Origin: Escherichia coli
GTDB lineage: Bacteria > Pseudomonadota > Gammaproteobacteria > Enterobacterales > Enterobacteriaceae
Assembly (NCBI RefSeq): GCF_048403405.1
Contig: NZ_CP183129.1
Reading direction: 5' to 3' (one strand)
Length of the DNA: 64,000 nt
Shown here: positions 1 to 15,965 of the stretch, in pieces
How positions within the stretch are numbered: the first letter of the stretch is position 1
Layout: each line of letters begins with the position of its first letter
Translations under genes and position numbers: made by a program
Notes under the pieces: generated by a model
What the model was told of the DNA's origin: nothing
The model's database searches: none
The model's input: the letters and a program-made list of their open reading frames with translations, nothing else

Positions 1-188
1 CCATCCTGGATATTGGTGCGTGCTCCGATCTGTACATAATGTACATCTCCACGAATAACAACGAGCGGCCAGATCCCCACATCATCAGCCAGACGAACGT
101 CACCAATCACGACGCTGCTATCGTCGATCATTACGCGCTGACCGATTTGTGGAAAAAGATCGCGGTATGGGCGTAAAACATCAGACAT
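1..188 (-). CDS. yrdA: YrdA-like hexapeptide-repeat protein, 5' portion only (3' end lies outside the window)
   Basis: Reverse strand from ATG (rc of 186-188) reads MSDVLRPYRDLFPQIGQRVMIDDSSVVIGDVRL..., which I recognise as the YrdA N-terminus; position upstream of rrnD fits K-12 synteny. Confidence 0.75.
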   Translation of the reverse strand, partial: MSDVLRPYRDLFPQIGQRVMIDDSSVVIGDVRLADDVGIWPLVVIRGDVHYVQIGARTNIQD

Positions 189-340
189 AATTACCTCAGC
201 AATAAATGATTTACTAATGACTTTGGGTGCATTATTGGCCTTGTGCAAGTCTTTTAGCATGCAAAAAAGCACCGTTTTGTGTGCGAATGCAGCAAAAAGG
301 GTGAAAAAGCAACAAACAGAAAAAAAGATCAAAAAAGTAC

Positions 341-369
341 TTGTGCAAAAAATTGGGATCCCTATAATG
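341..369 (+). promoter_or_regulatory. rrnD P1 promoter (-35 TTGTGC, 17 nt spacer, -10 TATAAT) preceded by A/T-rich UP-element-like sequence
   Basis: ttgtgcaaaaaattgggatccctataat seen directly about 300 bp upstream of 16S; matches rrn P1 architecture. Confidence 0.7.
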
Positions 370-448
370 CGCCTCCGTTGAGACGACAACGTGAAACACT
401 TCACAAGATGGTCGTAACAACAAAGAGAAAAAATCCTGAAATTCAGGG

Positions 449-476
449 TTGACTCTGAAAGAGGAAAGCGTAATAT
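449..476 (+). promoter_or_regulatory. rrnD P2 promoter (-35 TTGACT, -10 TAATAT)
   Basis: ttgactctgaaagaggaaagcgtaatat seen directly; tandem P1/P2 arrangement typical of E. coli rrn operons. Confidence 0.65.
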
Positions 477-516
477 ACGCCACCTCGCGACAGTGAGCTG
501 AAAGCCGCGTCGCAAA

Positions 517-529
517 TGCTCTTTAACAA
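517..529 (+). promoter_or_regulatory. boxA antitermination element in the rrn leader
   Basis: tgctctttaacaa matches the boxA consensus of rrn leaders. Confidence 0.7.
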
Positions 530-660
530 TTTATCAGACAATCTGTGTGGGCACTCGAAGATACGGATTCTTAACGTCGCAAGACGAAAATTGAATACCA
601 AGTCTCAAGAGTGAACACGTAATTCATTACGAAGTTTAATTCTTTGAGCATCAAACTTTT

Positions 661-2202
<1,542 letters not shown>

Positions 2203-2270
2203 CCTTAAAGAACTGTACTTTGCAGTGCTCACACAGATTGTCTGATGAAAATGAGCAGTAAAACCTCTAC

Positions 2271-2347
<77 letters not shown>

Positions 2348-2389
2348 AATTTGCACCGCAAATTTGAAGAGGTTTTAACTACATGTTAT

Positions 2390-2465
2390 GGGGCTATAGC
2401 TCAGCTGGGAGAGCGCCTGCTTTGCACGCAGGAGGTCTGCGGTTCGATCCCGCATAGCTCCACCA
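2390..2465 (+). tRNA. alaU: tRNA-Ala (anticodon TGC) in the 16S-23S spacer
   Basis: ggggctatagctcagctgggagagcgcctgctttgcacgcaggaggtctgcggttcgatcccgcatagctccacca. Confidence 0.95.
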
Positions 2466-2648
2466 TCTCTGTAGTGATTAAATAAAAAATACTTCAGAGT
2501 GTACCTGCAAAGGTTCACTGCGAAGTTTTGCTCTTTAAAAATCTGGATCAAGCTGAAAATTGAAACACTGAACAACGAAAGTTGTTCGTGAGTCTCTCAA
2601 ATTTTCGCAACACGATGATGAATCGAAAGAAACATCTTCGGGTTGTGA

Positions 2649-5550
<2,902 letters not shown>

Positions 5551-5642
5551 ACAACGCCGAAGATGTTTTGGCGGATGAGAGAAGATTTTCAGCCTGATAC
5601 AGATTAACTCAGAACGCAGAAGCGGTCTGATGAAACAGAATT

Positions 5643-5762
5643 TGCCTGGCGGCCGTAGCGCGGTGGTCCCACCTGACCCCATGCCGAACTCAGAAGTGAA
5701 ACGCCGTAGCGCCGATGGTAGTGTGGGGTCTCCCCATGCGAGAGTAGGGAACTGCCAGGCAT
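5643..5762 (+). rRNA. rrfD: 5S ribosomal RNA (first copy)
   Basis: tgcctggcggccgtagcgcggtggtcccacctgaccccatgccgaactcag...gggaactgccaggcat; 120 nt. Confidence 0.96.
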
Positions 5763-5774
5763 CAAATTTAGCGT

Positions 5775-5850
5775 GCTGATATGGCTCAGTTGGTAGAGCG
5801 CACCCTTGGTAAGGGTGAGGTCCCCAGTTCGACTCTGGGTATCAGCACCA
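5775..5850 (+). tRNA. thrV: tRNA-Thr (anticodon GGT) between the two 5S genes
   Basis: gctgatatggctcagttggtagagcgcacccttggtaagggtgaggtccccagttcgactctgggtatcagcacca. Confidence 0.95.
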
Positions 5851-5887
5851 CTTTTTAGGTTAAAGTTCGGCAGATTAGAAAAGAATT

Positions 5888-6007
5888 TGTCTGGCGGCAG
5901 TAGCGCGGTGGTCCCACCTGACCCCATGCCGAACTCAGAAGTGAAACGCCGTAGCGCCGATGGTAGTGTGGGGTCTCCCCATGCGAGAGTAGGGAACTGC
6001 CAGACAT
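5888..6007 (+). rRNA. rrfF: 5S ribosomal RNA (second copy, distal)
   Basis: tgtctggcggcagtagcgcggtggtcccacctgacccc...gggaactgccagacat; 120 nt; the double 5S with intervening tRNA-Thr is the rrnD signature. Confidence 0.95.
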
Positions 6008-6016
6008 CAAATAAAA

Positions 6017-6052
6017 CAAAAGGCTCAGTCGGAAGACTGGGCCTTTTGTTTT
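6017..6052 (+). terminator. rrnD terminator T1 (rho-independent hairpin plus T-run)
   Basis: aaaaggctcagtcggaagactgggccttttgtttt directly after the distal 5S. Confidence 0.8.
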
Positions 6053-6090
6053 ATCTGTTGTTTGTCGGTGAACACTCTCCCGAGTAGGAC

Positions 6091-6111
6091 AAATCCGCCG
6101 GGAGCGGATTT
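6091..6111 (+). terminator. Second hairpin downstream of rrnD (stem aaatccgc/gcggattt)
   Basis: aaatccgccgggagcggattt inverted repeat. Confidence 0.5.
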
Positions 6112-6187
6112 GAACTTTGCGAAGCAACGGCCCGGAGGGTGGCGGGCAGGACGCCCGCCATAAACTGCCAGACATCAAATCAAGCGA

Positions 6188-6215
6188 AAGGCCATCCGAA
6201 AGGATGGCCTTTTTG
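6188..6215 (+). terminator. Third terminator-like hairpin, also positioned to terminate convergent yhdZ
   Basis: aaaggccatccgaaaggatggccttttt; lies between rrnD and the yhdZ stop. Confidence 0.7.
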
Positions 6216-6235
6216 CTTTTCGAACTAACATTCAA

Positions 6236-6994
6236 TTAATGGATCACCTGCGATAAAAATGCCCTCGTACGCTCTGATTTAGGATGCGCAAAAAACTCAT
6301 CCGGTGCAGCTTGTTCCACTATCTCCCCACGATCCATAAAAATCACCCTGTCAGCGACGGTTCGTGCAAACCCCATCTCATGTGTTACACACAACATTGT
6401 CATACCCGACTGCGCCAGCCCAATCATCGTATCCAGCACTTCTTTCACCATCTCCGGATCGAGCGCCGACGTAGGTTCATCAAATAGCATGATCTTTGGT
6501 TTCATACAAAGTGAACGTGCTATGGCAACGCGTTGCTGCTGACCACCCGAAATCTGTCCGGGAAACTTCTGGGCATGTTCGGCAATTCTCACCCGCTCAA
6601 GGTAATGCATCGCCAGAGCTTCAGCCTCTTTTTTAGGCATCTTGCGTACCCAAATCGGTGCCAGGGTACAGTTCTGTAGAACGGTCAGATGAGGGAAGAG
6701 ATTGAAATGCTGAAAGACCATTCCCACTTCCTGCCTGACGCGCTCAATATTGCGGATATCTTCATTAAGTTCGATGCCATCCACCACGATCCGTCCCTGT
6801 TGATGTTCTTCCAGATGATTAATACAACGAATGGTTGTCGATTTACCGGAACCAGAAGGGCCACACAGAACGATCCGTTCTCCCGGTTGCACGGTTAAAT
6901 TTATATTTTTCAAAACATGGAATTGTCCATACCATTTATTGACGTTTTCCAGCGTAATCATCGCGTTAGCAGGTTGCAGTAAAATTTGGCTCAT
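6236..6994 (-). CDS. yhdZ: Polar amino-acid ABC transporter ATP-binding subunit
   Basis: 252 aa; Walker [13 protein letters not shown] signature [15 protein letters not shown], Walker [12 protein letters not shown]. Confidence 0.95.
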   Translation of the reverse strand: MSQILLQPANAMITLENVNKWYGQFHVLKNINLTVQPGERIVLCGPSGSGKSTTIRCINHLEEHQQGRIVVDGIELNEDIRNIERVRQEVGMVFQHFNLFPHLTVLQNCTLAPIWVRKMPKKEAEALAMHYLERVRIAEHAQKFPGQISGGQQQRVAIARSLCMKPKIMLFDEPTSALDPEMVKEVLDTMIGLAQSGMTMLCVTHEMGFARTVADRVIFMDRGEIVEQAAPDEFFAHPKSERTRAFLSQVIH

Positions 6995-7001
6995 AGTGTC
7001 C

Positions 7002-8105
7002 TCAATGCGGTGTACGCCCGGTGTTAAAACGTTTTTCCAGATGTTGGCTATAACGTGACATGCTGAAACAGAAGATCCAGTAGATCAGCGCGGCGAAAAC
7101 ATACCCTTCCGTCGACATACCCAACCAGGCGGGATCAACGGTTGCCTGCTGAACGCTACTGAAAAGATCGAACAACCCGATGATGATCACCAGGCTGGTA
7201 TCTTTGAAAAGTGCGATGATGGTATTTACCAGCCCAGGAATCACCAGCTTCAACGCCTGTGGCAGAATAACCAGCCCCTGGGTTTTCCAGTAACCCAACG
7301 CCAGCGACTCTGCCGCTTCATATTGCCCTTTAGGCAGCGCCTGTAATCCGCCTCGCACGACTTCCGCAACATATGCTGACTGAAACAGGATCACGCCAAC
7401 CAGCGCGCGGATCAATTTGTCGATACTGGTGCCTTCTGCCATAAACAACGGCAGCATGACCGAAGACATAAACAGAACGGTAATCAGCGGTACACCGCGC
7501 CAGAACTCGATAAAAATGACCGATAAGATACGCACAATCGGCATATGGGAGCGGCGACCTAACGCCAGTAAGATCCCCCACGGCAGCGCCCCCGCAATCC
7601 CAACTGATGCAATAATTAAAGTTAGCGTCAGCCCGCCCCATTGCCGGGTTTCAACCCGCTCAAGACCAAGAAACCCGCCATACATCAGCCACCAGACAAT
7701 CAGTGGGTAAATCACCGCCCATACCGCAATATAGCGACCGCGATGCGGGAGTATTTTCCAGAACATTGGTGCGATCGACACAAGCCCAATCAGTAATGCG
7801 AGGTTAATTCGCCAGCGTTGGTCGTGTGGGTAAAGCCCATACATAAACTGACCAAATCGTTCGTGGATGAAGACCCAACAGGCACCGGCTTTTGTGCAGT
7901 CGGTACGCGTTGAGCCAACCCAGTTAGCCTGCAAAAATGCCCAGTTCAGCAACGGTGGAATCAGTTCCCACATCAACCATATGCAGCCAATAGTCAGCAG
8001 GCTATTGCTCCAGCTGGAGAACAGATTTTTTCGCACCCACACCATCGCGCGGCTTGAGTTATGGCTCGCCGGGCGCGGGGGATGAGACAGCAATACTTTT
8101 GTCAT
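7002..8105 (-). CDS. yhdY: Amino-acid ABC transporter permease
   Basis: 367 aa hydrophobic protein with permease EAA-like loop ([14 protein letters not shown]); operon position. Confidence 0.9.
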   Translation of the reverse strand: MTKVLLSHPPRPASHNSSRAMVWVRKNLFSSWSNSLLTIGCIWLMWELIPPLLNWAFLQANWVGSTRTDCTKAGACWVFIHERFGQFMYGLYPHDQRWRINLALLIGLVSIAPMFWKILPHRGRYIAVWAVIYPLIVWWLMYGGFLGLERVETRQWGGLTLTLIIASVGIAGALPWGILLALGRRSHMPIVRILSVIFIEFWRGVPLITVLFMSSVMLPLFMAEGTSIDKLIRALVGVILFQSAYVAEVVRGGLQALPKGQYEAAESLALGYWKTQGLVILPQALKLVIPGLVNTIIALFKDTSLVIIIGLFDLFSSVQQATVDPAWLGMSTEGYVFAALIYWIFCFSMSRYSQHLEKRFNTGRTPH

Positions 8106-8114
8106 CATGACTCC

Positions 8115-9296
8115 TTAGCGTTCAACGATCGCGATGCGGCGGTTATAGATATTCATCAACAGCGAGATAGTCAGGCTGATAATCAGATAGACCGACATGG
8201 TCATGGCTATCGTCTCGATGGCTTGCCCCGTCTGGTTCAGCACGGTGCCAGCAAACAGCGAAACCATATCCGGATAGCCAATCGCGGCGGCAAGAGAGGA
8301 GTTTTTGACGATGTTGAGATACTGGCTGGTTAACGGCGGAATAATCACTCGCAGTGCCTGGGGAATAATGACCTGGCGTAGCGTAACCGGGTTGGGTAAT
8401 CCCAGTGACCGTGCCGCTTCATGTTGACCATAAGGCACTGCCTGGATCCCAGCGCGGATAATCTCGGCGATAAATGCAGAGGTATAAACCGAAAGCGCCA
8501 GCGTTAAGGCTGCCAGTTCAGGAATTAAAACCATCCCGCCACGGAAGTTGAAGCCTCGTAGGGCTGGAACATCCCAGTGTAGTGCTGCGCCAAAAAGCCA
8601 TTGCGCCAGTAAAGGCAAACCTATGATCAACATAACGGCGACCGGCCAGGTTCGGCGCAATTGTCCGGTCTTTATCTGGTACGTTTTATTAAAACGGAAT
8701 AGTCCAACAGAAATGGCTATAGCAATAACAACAGTCACGATAAACGCAATAAATCCGTCTCCCAGCTGCGGTGACGGAATATAAAGCCCACGATTGCTCA
8801 AAAAGGCCAGATCAAACGCGCTCACAGCCTGGCGTGGTCCGGGTAAATTGCGCAACACGGCAAAGTACCAGAAGAAGATTTGCAGCAGCGGCGGAATATT
8901 ACGGAAGATCTCAATATAAATTGTGGAAAGCTTTCGTAGCAGCCAGTTATCCGAAAGTCGCGCCAGACCGATAAAGAAGCCCAGAACAGAAGCGAATACA
9001 ATACACAATGCAGAAACCAGTAGCGTATTGAGTAAGCCAACAATGAAAACGCGTCTGTAGGTATCACCCTGCTGGTAATCGATCAAATGCTGGACAATAC
9101 CGAAGCCAGCGCCGCGATCCAGAAAGGCAAAACCTGAAGTAATGCCACGATTACTGAGATTCGTCACAGTGTTGTGAAATAGCCAACCAACAATGCCAAC
9201 AACAGCAACAACGGCAAGGATCTGGAATAACCAGGCGCGAACCGTAGGGTTGGCAAAGGAGAGTGAGCCTTTAACGGTTGAGCGGCGATGAGACAT
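8115..9296 (-). CDS. yhdX: Amino-acid ABC transporter permease
   Basis: 393 aa from MSHRRSTVKG; multi-TM permease with HEAARSLGL motif; operon position. Confidence 0.9.
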   Translation of the reverse strand: MSHRRSTVKGSLSFANPTVRAWLFQILAVVAVVGIVGWLFHNTVTNLSNRGITSGFAFLDRGAGFGIVQHLIDYQQGDTYRRVFIVGLLNTLLVSALCIVFASVLGFFIGLARLSDNWLLRKLSTIYIEIFRNIPPLLQIFFWYFAVLRNLPGPRQAVSAFDLAFLSNRGLYIPSPQLGDGFIAFIVTVVIAIAISVGLFRFNKTYQIKTGQLRRTWPVAVMLIIGLPLLAQWLFGAALHWDVPALRGFNFRGGMVLIPELAALTLALSVYTSAFIAEIIRAGIQAVPYGQHEAARSLGLPNPVTLRQVIIPQALRVIIPPLTSQYLNIVKNSSLAAAIGYPDMVSLFAGTVLNQTGQAIETIAMTMSVYLIISLTISLLMNIYNRRIAIVER

Positions 9297-9363
9297 AGAA
9301 ACCTCGGAAAGCATAACGCTGAAGAGAGCGCCGCCGTAGCGACGCTCGTTACCTCACACCGAC

Positions 9364-10389
9364 TTAACGCACGGGCGGCGCGTACTGAATTCCGCCGTTA
9401 TTCCAGAGATTATTTTGCCCACGTTTAATTTTCAGCGGGCTTTCTGAACCTACGTTACGCTCAAAAATTTCCGAGTAGTTACCCACCTGTTTGATGATGT
9501 TGTAAGCCCATTTATTATCCAGCTTCAGATCCTTGCCGTAATCGCCCTCTTTACCCAGCAGATGTGCCATATCGGGCGTTGCTGGATTAGCCGCTTTTTC
9601 ATCGACGTTTTGCGAGTTAACGCCCATCTCTTCAGCATTCAGCATGGCGAAAAGCGTCCAGCGTACAATTGAGAACCATTCATCATCGCCACGACGAACT
9701 ACCGGCCCAAGCGGTTCTTTAGAGATAACTTCCGGTAAGACAATCCATTCAGCTGGGTTGCTTAATTTGATGCGCAGGGCATACAGTTGTGATTGATCCG
9801 AGGCTAGCGTATCGCAGCGACCAGATTCCAGTGCCTTCGCTGATTCGTCAGAGCGATCGAAAGTCACTGGTGTGTACTTCATATTGTTTGCCTTAAAGTA
9901 ATCGGCAACGTTGAGTTCGGTATCAGTACCCGCCTGAATACAGACGGTAGCGCCATCCAGTTCTTTCGCGCTTTTTAGTCCCGCTTTATCGTGAGTCAGG
10001 AAGCCAATGCCGTCGTAATAAGTGACGCCGGTAAATGCCATTCCCATCCCGGCATCGCGAGATGAAGTCCAGGTCGTATTACGGGAGAGCAAATCCACCT
10101 CCCCTGACTGTAAAGCCGTGAAGCGTTCTTTTGCAGTGAGCGGGGTATATTTCACTTTCGTGTCGTCACCAAATACAGCTGCCGCAACACCACGACAAAC
10201 ATCTACATCAATACCTGAAAACTTACCGTCAGCATCGGCATAAGAGAACCCAGGTAATCCATCACTGATCCCGCATTGCACAAAACCTTTTTTCTGTACG
10301 GCATCAAGCGTCGCGCCAGCATGCGCCTGATTTGCAACGGCAAGCAGCACGCTGGCGGCAGCCAGTGTGGCTATCATCATCTTTTTCAT
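9364..10389 (-). CDS. yhdW: Periplasmic amino-acid binding protein of the YhdWXYZ ABC system
   Basis: 341 aa with signal peptide MKKMMIATLAAASVLLAVANQAHA; solute-binding protein. Confidence 0.9.
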   Translation of the reverse strand: MKKMMIATLAAASVLLAVANQAHAGATLDAVQKKGFVQCGISDGLPGFSYADADGKFSGIDVDVCRGVAAAVFGDDTKVKYTPLTAKERFTALQSGEVDLLSRNTTWTSSRDAGMGMAFTGVTYYDGIGFLTHDKAGLKSAKELDGATVCIQAGTDTELNVADYFKANNMKYTPVTFDRSDESAKALESGRCDTLASDQSQLYALRIKLSNPAEWIVLPEVISKEPLGPVVRRGDDEWFSIVRWTLFAMLNAEEMGVNSQNVDEKAANPATPDMAHLLGKEGDYGKDLKLDNKWAYNIIKQVGNYSEIFERNVGSESPLKIKRGQNNLWNNGGIQYAPPVR

Positions 10390-10788
10390 AATGCTTCCTG
10401 TGAGGCGAAAATTATCGTTATAGGACGTTTGGGAAACGTCTTTTACCTGTCTGTGGCCATCCTCTTATAAGCAAAAGTAGTGCCAGTTTTTGCGCACGAT
10501 TTCGCGTCGCAATAAGCTGAGTGTAGACAGGAAATAATAAAAACAGCGCCCCGCAATGGTGCGAAAATGAAACATGCGCCACATTTTGGCGCAAAATATT
10601 TACGCGTTTTTTACTAAGCAGAATAATGATTGTTAGCGTGAGTATAATTCTGGTGTGAAGTGTGAAAATTAAATTGATGCGTTATTTCGAAAGCAGCGAA
10701 ATAACGCGATATAACATGCTAAATCAGCAGGGAATTAGCCAGCAGAATATAGCAATATTTTATCTTATGGTGAGATACTGTATCGTTA

Positions 10789-10816
10789 AACAGAGCGCGG
10801 TACTCCGCGCTCTGTT
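10789..10816 (-). terminator. Rho-independent terminator downstream of yhdV
   Basis: Perfect 10 bp inverted repeat acagagcgcg-gtact-ccgcgctctgt immediately 3' of the yhdV stop. Confidence 0.7.
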
Positions 10817-10819
10817 CAG

Positions 10820-11041
10820 TTATTTCGACAGCGCGATGATCCCCATCGTCAGGCCAGCTACAGCTGCTGCCCCGCCAGCAATAGCCCCAGCCGTTTCCCA
10901 GTTATCCTGAGTCGTGCCTTTCATACAGGTATTAGTGTGAACCAGTCGACCCTGATCGTCATAAACCGGAACGCAGGGCGAATCGTGAGCACAGCCCGCC
11001 AGCAATGCGGTGAGCAATGCCACAGGAATTAATCTTTTCAT
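10820..11041 (-). CDS. yhdV: Small lipoprotein
   Basis: 73 aa; lipobox LLAGC after signal peptide MKRLIPVALLTALLAGC; Gly/Ala-rich C-terminus. Confidence 0.85.
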   Translation of the reverse strand: MKRLIPVALLTALLAGCAHDSPCVPVYDDQGRLVHTNTCMKGTTQDNWETAGAIAGGAAAVAGLTMGIIALSK

Positions 11042-11293
11042 GGTGTTACCTCAGTAATAAACGCTAACGCTTAATAAGTTAACTCTCTTATTAACGAGCT
11101 GAATGCCATTTTATCACTGGAGGTTATAAATCTTGCGGAATGAATAATGACAAATTATGTGAATTGTAAAAATAGTGAAGGGAGCGGGAACTATAGAAAG
11201 TTTTTAAAAAGTGAGTAGAGGAATATCTTATTAATTTTTATGGGTTTCACTGGAAATAATAAAGACACCCGAAAGTGCCTTTATGTTTCTGAT

Positions 11294-14200
11294 TTATCCT
11301 TTAAAGCAACGGCGGATCACCACAAAGAACACCGGCACGAAGAAGATTGCCAGCAACGTTGCAGAAACCATCCCGCCCATTACCCCGATACCCACTGCGT
11401 TCTGCGCGCCACTGCCGGCACCGTTACTGATAGCTAGCGGTAATACGCCGAGAATAAAGGCGAGAGAGGTCATCAGGATAGGACGCAGGCGCATACGTAC
11501 TGCCATCAGTGTCGCTTCAACAACACCTTTACCCTCTTTCTCCATGAGATCTTTAGCGAACTCAACAATCAAAATAGCGTTTTTAGCCGACAAGCCAATT
11601 GTCGTTAGCAAGCCCACCATAAAGTAGACGTCATTTTTTTGATTAAAGAGTGTCGCCGCCAGTAGCACGCCGACAATCCCTAACGGCACGACCAACATAA
11701 CCGAGACAGGAATTGACCAGCTTTCATAGAGTGCAGCAAGGCACAGGAAAACAACCACAAAGGAAATTGCTACCAGAGCGGGAGCCTGGTTTCCCGATAA
11801 GCGTTCCTGATATGACATACCCGTCCAGTCATAATCAATGCCAGCTGGTAATTGTGATGCAAGGTTTTCCATCAACGCCATGGCATCGCCGGAACTGGTT
11901 CCTGGCGCGGCTTCCCCCTGAATCTCCATTGACGGCAGACCGTTGTAGCGCTCCAGTCGCGGAGAGCCATACACCCAATGTGCAGTGGTAAAGGCCGAGA
12001 ATGGCACCATTTCGCCGTTGGCGCTGCGGACATAAAGTTTATCGACATCTTCTGGCAGCATACGGAATTTGGCATCCGCCTGAACATACACCTTTTTCAC
12101 GCGACCACGGTCAATGAAGTCGTTAACGTAAGTCCCACCCAACGCCGTTGAAATGGTCTGATTGATGTCAGAAAGTGAAACACCTAATGCCTGCGCCTTT
12201 TCCTGGTCAACTTCCAGTTTAAACTGCGCGGTGTCTTCCAGACCATTAGGACGCACGCTGACTAAGCTGGCAGGATGTTGCGCCGCCATACCAAGCAACT
12301 GGTTACGGGCCTGGGTTAGGGCATCGTGACCCAGCCCAGCCTGATCAATTAACTCAAAGTCGAAACCCGTTGCCGTGCCCAGTTCAACAATGGCTGGCAT
12401 ATTGAATGGAATGACAAAACCGTCGCGGATCTTGCCCAATTCCATTTTGGCGCGATGGATTACCGCTTCCGCACTGTTTTCGTCACCACTACGCTCTTCC
12501 CACGGTTTCAGACTGACGAAGGCCATACCGGCGTTTTGTGCCTGGCCGCTGAAGCTAAAACCGTTAACCGTAAAGACACTTTCAACGTTCGCTTTTTCGT
12601 TTTTCAGATAGTAATCCGTCACTTGATCCAACACTTTTTGCGTCCGCTCTTGCGTCGCGCCAGCGGGTAACTGAATCATGGTCAGAAAGACACCCTGATC
12701 CTCTTCAGGTAAGAAGGAAGACGGAAGGCGTAAAAACAACACCACCATTCCTGCAACAATCAGCGCATAGATCAGTAAATATCGTCCTGTGGAACCGAGG
12801 ATTTTGCCGACGCTGTTGGTGTAGTGGTTAACGCTATGATCGAAGGTGGTATTAAACCAGCCGAAGAAACTGCCCTTATTTTCGTGATGCTCAGCAGAGA
12901 CGGGTTTAAGCAGCGTTGCACATAACGCAGGGGTAAGAATCAATGCCACCAGAACAGAAAGCGCCATTGCCGAAACGATGGTGATAGAGAACTGGCGATA
13001 AATTGCCCCAGTAGAACCGCCGAAGAATGCCATCGGAATAAATACCGCTGACAGCACCATCGCGATACCCACCAGTGCGCCCTGAATTTGCGACATTGAT
13101 TTTTCCGTCGCTTCTTTTGGCGGGAGCTTATCCTCCATCATCACGCGCTCGACGTTCTCCACCACCACTATCGCATCATCGACGAGCAGCCCGATGGCAA
13201 GCACCATCCCGAACATCGTTAGTGTGTTGATGGAGTAACCAAAAGCGGCGAGGATGGCAAACGTCCCTAACAACACTACGGGTACCGCAATGGTGGGGAT
13301 CAGCGTTGCTCGCATATTCTGCAAGAACAGATACATCACCAGGAACACCAGCATAATGGCTTCGAACAGCGTTTTTACCACTTCGTGAATAGAAAGCTGG
13401 ACGAATGGTGTGGTGTCATAAGGGTAGAGAACCTTCATTCCCTGCGGGAAGAATGGCTGTAATTCCGCCAGTTTTGCCTTAATGGCTTTCGCGGTATCGA
13501 GAGCATTCGCGCCGGTTGCCAGCTTAATACCCAGGCCCGCCGCCGGTTTACCGTTGATGCGAGCGATAACGTTATAGTTTTCACCGCCAAGTTCAACCCG
13601 TGCGACATCTTTCAGGCGTACCACCGAGCCGTCACTGTTTACGCGCAAGGTCACTTTGCCGAATTCTTCCGGATTTTTTAACCGCGTCTGAGCAATAATC
13701 GAGGCGTTCAACTGTTGCCCTGGTAACGCTGGCGTTCCGCCCAACTGTCCGGCAGCGATCTGATCGTTCTGTACCTTCAACTGGTTAATCACATCAACCG
13801 GCGTCAGTTTGTATTTGTTTAGCAGATCGGCGTCCAACCAGATACGCATCGCATACTGTGCGCCGAAAAGTTGTACGTCACCGACGCCATTCAGACGGCT
13901 AAGCGTATCTTTAACGTTAGAGGCCACATAGTCCGAGATATCGTCCTGTGTGGTGCCTGGGTTATCAGAGACAAAGCCCGCCACCATCAAATAGCTGCTA
14001 CTGGACTTTTCAACACTGATCCCCTGCTGCTGTACCTCCTGCGGCAGCAACGGCGTGGCGAGCTGGAGTTTGTTCTGCACCTGCACTTGCGCGATATCTG
14101 GATCGGTCCCGGACTGGAAGGTAAGGGTAATTGTCACGCTACCGGCGGAATCGCTGGTGGAGGACATATACATCAGGTTATCGATACCATTCATATTCTG

Positions 14201-14398
14201 TTCGATAACCTGCGTCACCGTATCCTGCACAGTCTGCGCATCAGCGCCCGGATAGTTTGCCGAAACAGAAACTGCAGGCGGCGCAATGGTTGGGTATTGG
14301 GCGACGGGCAATTGTAGGATCGCCAGTACACCCGCCATCATCAGAATAATGGCCAGCACCCATGCAAATATCGGTCGTCGAATAAAAAAGTTTGCCAT
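11294..14398 (-). CDS. acrF: RND multidrug efflux pump inner-membrane transporter
   Basis: 1034 aa; N-terminus [23 protein letters not shown] typical of AcrB/AcrF; synteny with acrE and acrS. Confidence 0.95.
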   Translation of the reverse strand: MANFFIRRPIFAWVLAIILMMAGVLAILQLPVAQYPTIAPPAVSVSANYPGADAQTVQDTVTQVIEQNMNGIDNLMYMSSTSDSAGSVTITLTFQSGTDPDIAQVQVQNKLQLATPLLPQEVQQQGISVEKSSSSYLMVAGFVSDNPGTTQDDISDYVASNVKDTLSRLNGVGDVQLFGAQYAMRIWLDADLLNKYKLTPVDVINQLKVQNDQIAAGQLGGTPALPGQQLNASIIAQTRLKNPEEFGKVTLRVNSDGSVVRLKDVARVELGGENYNVIARINGKPAAGLGIKLATGANALDTAKAIKAKLAELQPFFPQGMKVLYPYDTTPFVQLSIHEVVKTLFEAIMLVFLVMYLFLQNMRATLIPTIAVPVVLLGTFAILAAFGYSINTLTMFGMVLAIGLLVDDAIVVVENVERVMMEDKLPPKEATEKSMSQIQGALVGIAMVLSAVFIPMAFFGGSTGAIYRQFSITIVSAMALSVLVALILTPALCATLLKPVSAEHHENKGSFFGWFNTTFDHSVNHYTNSVGKILGSTGRYLLIYALIVAGMVVLFLRLPSSFLPEEDQGVFLTMIQLPAGATQERTQKVLDQVTDYYLKNEKANVESVFTVNGFSFSGQAQNAGMAFVSLKPWEERSGDENSAEAVIHRAKMELGKIRDGFVIPFNMPAIVELGTATGFDFELIDQAGLGHDALTQARNQLLGMAAQHPASLVSVRPNGLEDTAQFKLEVDQEKAQALGVSLSDINQTISTALGGTYVNDFIDRGRVKKVYVQADAKFRMLPEDVDKLYVRSANGEMVPFSAFTTAHWVYGSPRLERYNGLPSMEIQGEAAPGTSSGDAMALMENLASQLPAGIDYDWTGMSYQERLSGNQAPALVAISFVVVFLCLAALYESWSIPVSVMLVVPLGIVGVLLAATLFNQKNDVYFMVGLLTTIGLSAKNAILIVEFAKDLMEKEGKGVVEATLMAVRMRLRPILMTSLAFILGVLPLAISNGAGSGAQNAVGIGVMGGMVSATLLAIFFVPVFFVVIRRCFKG

Positions 14399-14409
14399 GT
14401 CAGATTGCC

Positions 14410-15567
14410 TTACTTCGATGCAGAATCTGCGGGGGTATCGGTAGTGGCTTTAACCTGCTCTCCCGGACGCGCTTTTTGCAGGCCGCTGACAATGACTTGA
14501 TCGCCAGATTTCAGCCCTTCGCTAATCAACCATTTATCGCCAATCGCCTGGCTGGCAACGACAGGGCGCGCTTCAACCTGACTTTTATCGTTAACAATCA
14601 GCACGGTTGCATCACCACGCGGTGTGCGGCTAACGCCTTGTTGCGGGATAAGAATGGCATCAGGTTGGACGCCTTCATCAATCCGTGCGCGCACAAACAT
14701 ACCAGGTAAAAGCGTATGTTGCGGGTTAGGGAAGACGGCACGTAGGGTTATGGAGCCGGTGCTTTCATCAACGGTAACATCGGAGAATTGAAGAGTACCT
14801 TTCAGGGGATAGGTTTGACCGTTCTCCATGACCAACTCTACGTTGCTGGCGGCGTTTTCCTTATGCAGATTTCCTTGCTCTACGGATTGCTTCAGCCTCA
14901 TAAAATCGTTGCTGGATTGGGTCACATCAACGTAGATAGGATCGAGCTGCTGGACAGTCGCCAGTTCGGTCGTTTGCCCATTAGTGACAAGAGCGCCTTC
15001 GGTCACAGTCGATTTGCCGATACGTCCACTAATTGGCGCAGTCACTTTGGTATAAGCGAGATTGATGTGAGCACTTTCGACCGTGGCTTTTGCGGCAATC
15101 ACGGCGGCATCGGCCTGGCGAGCATCAGCAATGGCCTGGTCGTACTCCTGCTGACTGATGTATTTCGTACCCACGAGCGGAACGTAACGTTTTACCGTCA
15201 AATGCGCGATGGCGGCGGCGGCTTCACTTTTCGCCAGTTCGCCTTTCGCGCTGTCATAACTTGCCTGATAGGTCGCGGGATCGATCTGGTACAGAGACTG
15301 GCCTGCTTGCACATCGCTGCCTTCAGTGAAATTGCGACTCAGTACGATCCCGCTAACCTGTGGGCGAACTTCGGCTATACGGTAAGCATTGGTGCGGCCT
15401 GGTAATTCAGTCTTAACTTCTAACGGGGCCGTTTTTACAATATGAACGGTAACCTGCGGTTCACCGACGTGAGCTTTCTCTTCTCCCTTATCGTTACAAC
15501 CGGCGATTAAAGCCGCGGAGATCAGAATAAAGGAGGGCAGGAGGAAAAACCTGGCATGTTTCGTCAT
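14410..15567 (-). CDS. acrE: RND efflux periplasmic adaptor (membrane fusion) lipoprotein
   Basis: 385 aa; lipoprotein signal ...LIAGC; AcrA-like. Confidence 0.95.
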   Translation of the reverse strand: MTKHARFFLLPSFILISAALIAGCNDKGEEKAHVGEPQVTVHIVKTAPLEVKTELPGRTNAYRIAEVRPQVSGIVLSRNFTEGSDVQAGQSLYQIDPATYQASYDSAKGELAKSEAAAAIAHLTVKRYVPLVGTKYISQQEYDQAIADARQADAAVIAAKATVESAHINLAYTKVTAPISGRIGKSTVTEGALVTNGQTTELATVQQLDPIYVDVTQSSNDFMRLKQSVEQGNLHKENAASNVELVMENGQTYPLKGTLQFSDVTVDESTGSITLRAVFPNPQHTLLPGMFVRARIDEGVQPDAILIPQQGVSRTPRGDATVLIVNDKSQVEARPVVASQAIGDKWLISEGLKSGDQVIVSGLQKARPGEQVKATTDTPADSASK

Positions 15568-15965
15568 TACTATTCCTCAAAAAACCAAAAGCGCGTTATT
15601 TACCCAAAAAGGGAACGCGTTAACTCGCAGAAAGAAAAATACAGTTCGCTATCCTACAAATTATCATTCGTCGATGTAAGGAATAGTTATGAATACAGGC
15701 GTCTCAAGGCACATAAACACAAAAAAAGATTAATATTCTACTGTTTTATTTTGACGCGGGTTGAAAGAGGCAGAATTAAAACCTCGTAAATTGAAATATA
15801 TATTGATAGAGTGAATGTATTTTAGGTGAATAATAAGCGTTATTTATTTGACGATTTATAGCAACTCAATATTATCCTCTCGTATAAATATACATTAGGT
15901 GATAGATTAACCTTCGCTATTTTCTCATCCTGTATCGAATATATTTATTTCCTGAATAATTAATC
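15568..15965. promoter_or_regulatory. Divergent acrS / acrEF promoter-operator region
   Basis: About 400 bp AT-rich intergenic region between divergently transcribed acrE and acrS; specific sites not resolved. Confidence 0.5.

Noticed and set aside
232-483. 83-aa minus-strand ORF upstream of the 16S gene
   Set aside because: Lies across the rrnD P1/P2 promoters and leader, in the intergenic region between yrdA and 16S; most likely a chance ORF
11283-15405. Antisense and overlapping ORFs within acrF and acrE (for example 13871-14317, 14788-15405, 11283-11627)
   Set aside because: Embedded in well-supported efflux pump genes; typical GC-rich shadow ORFs
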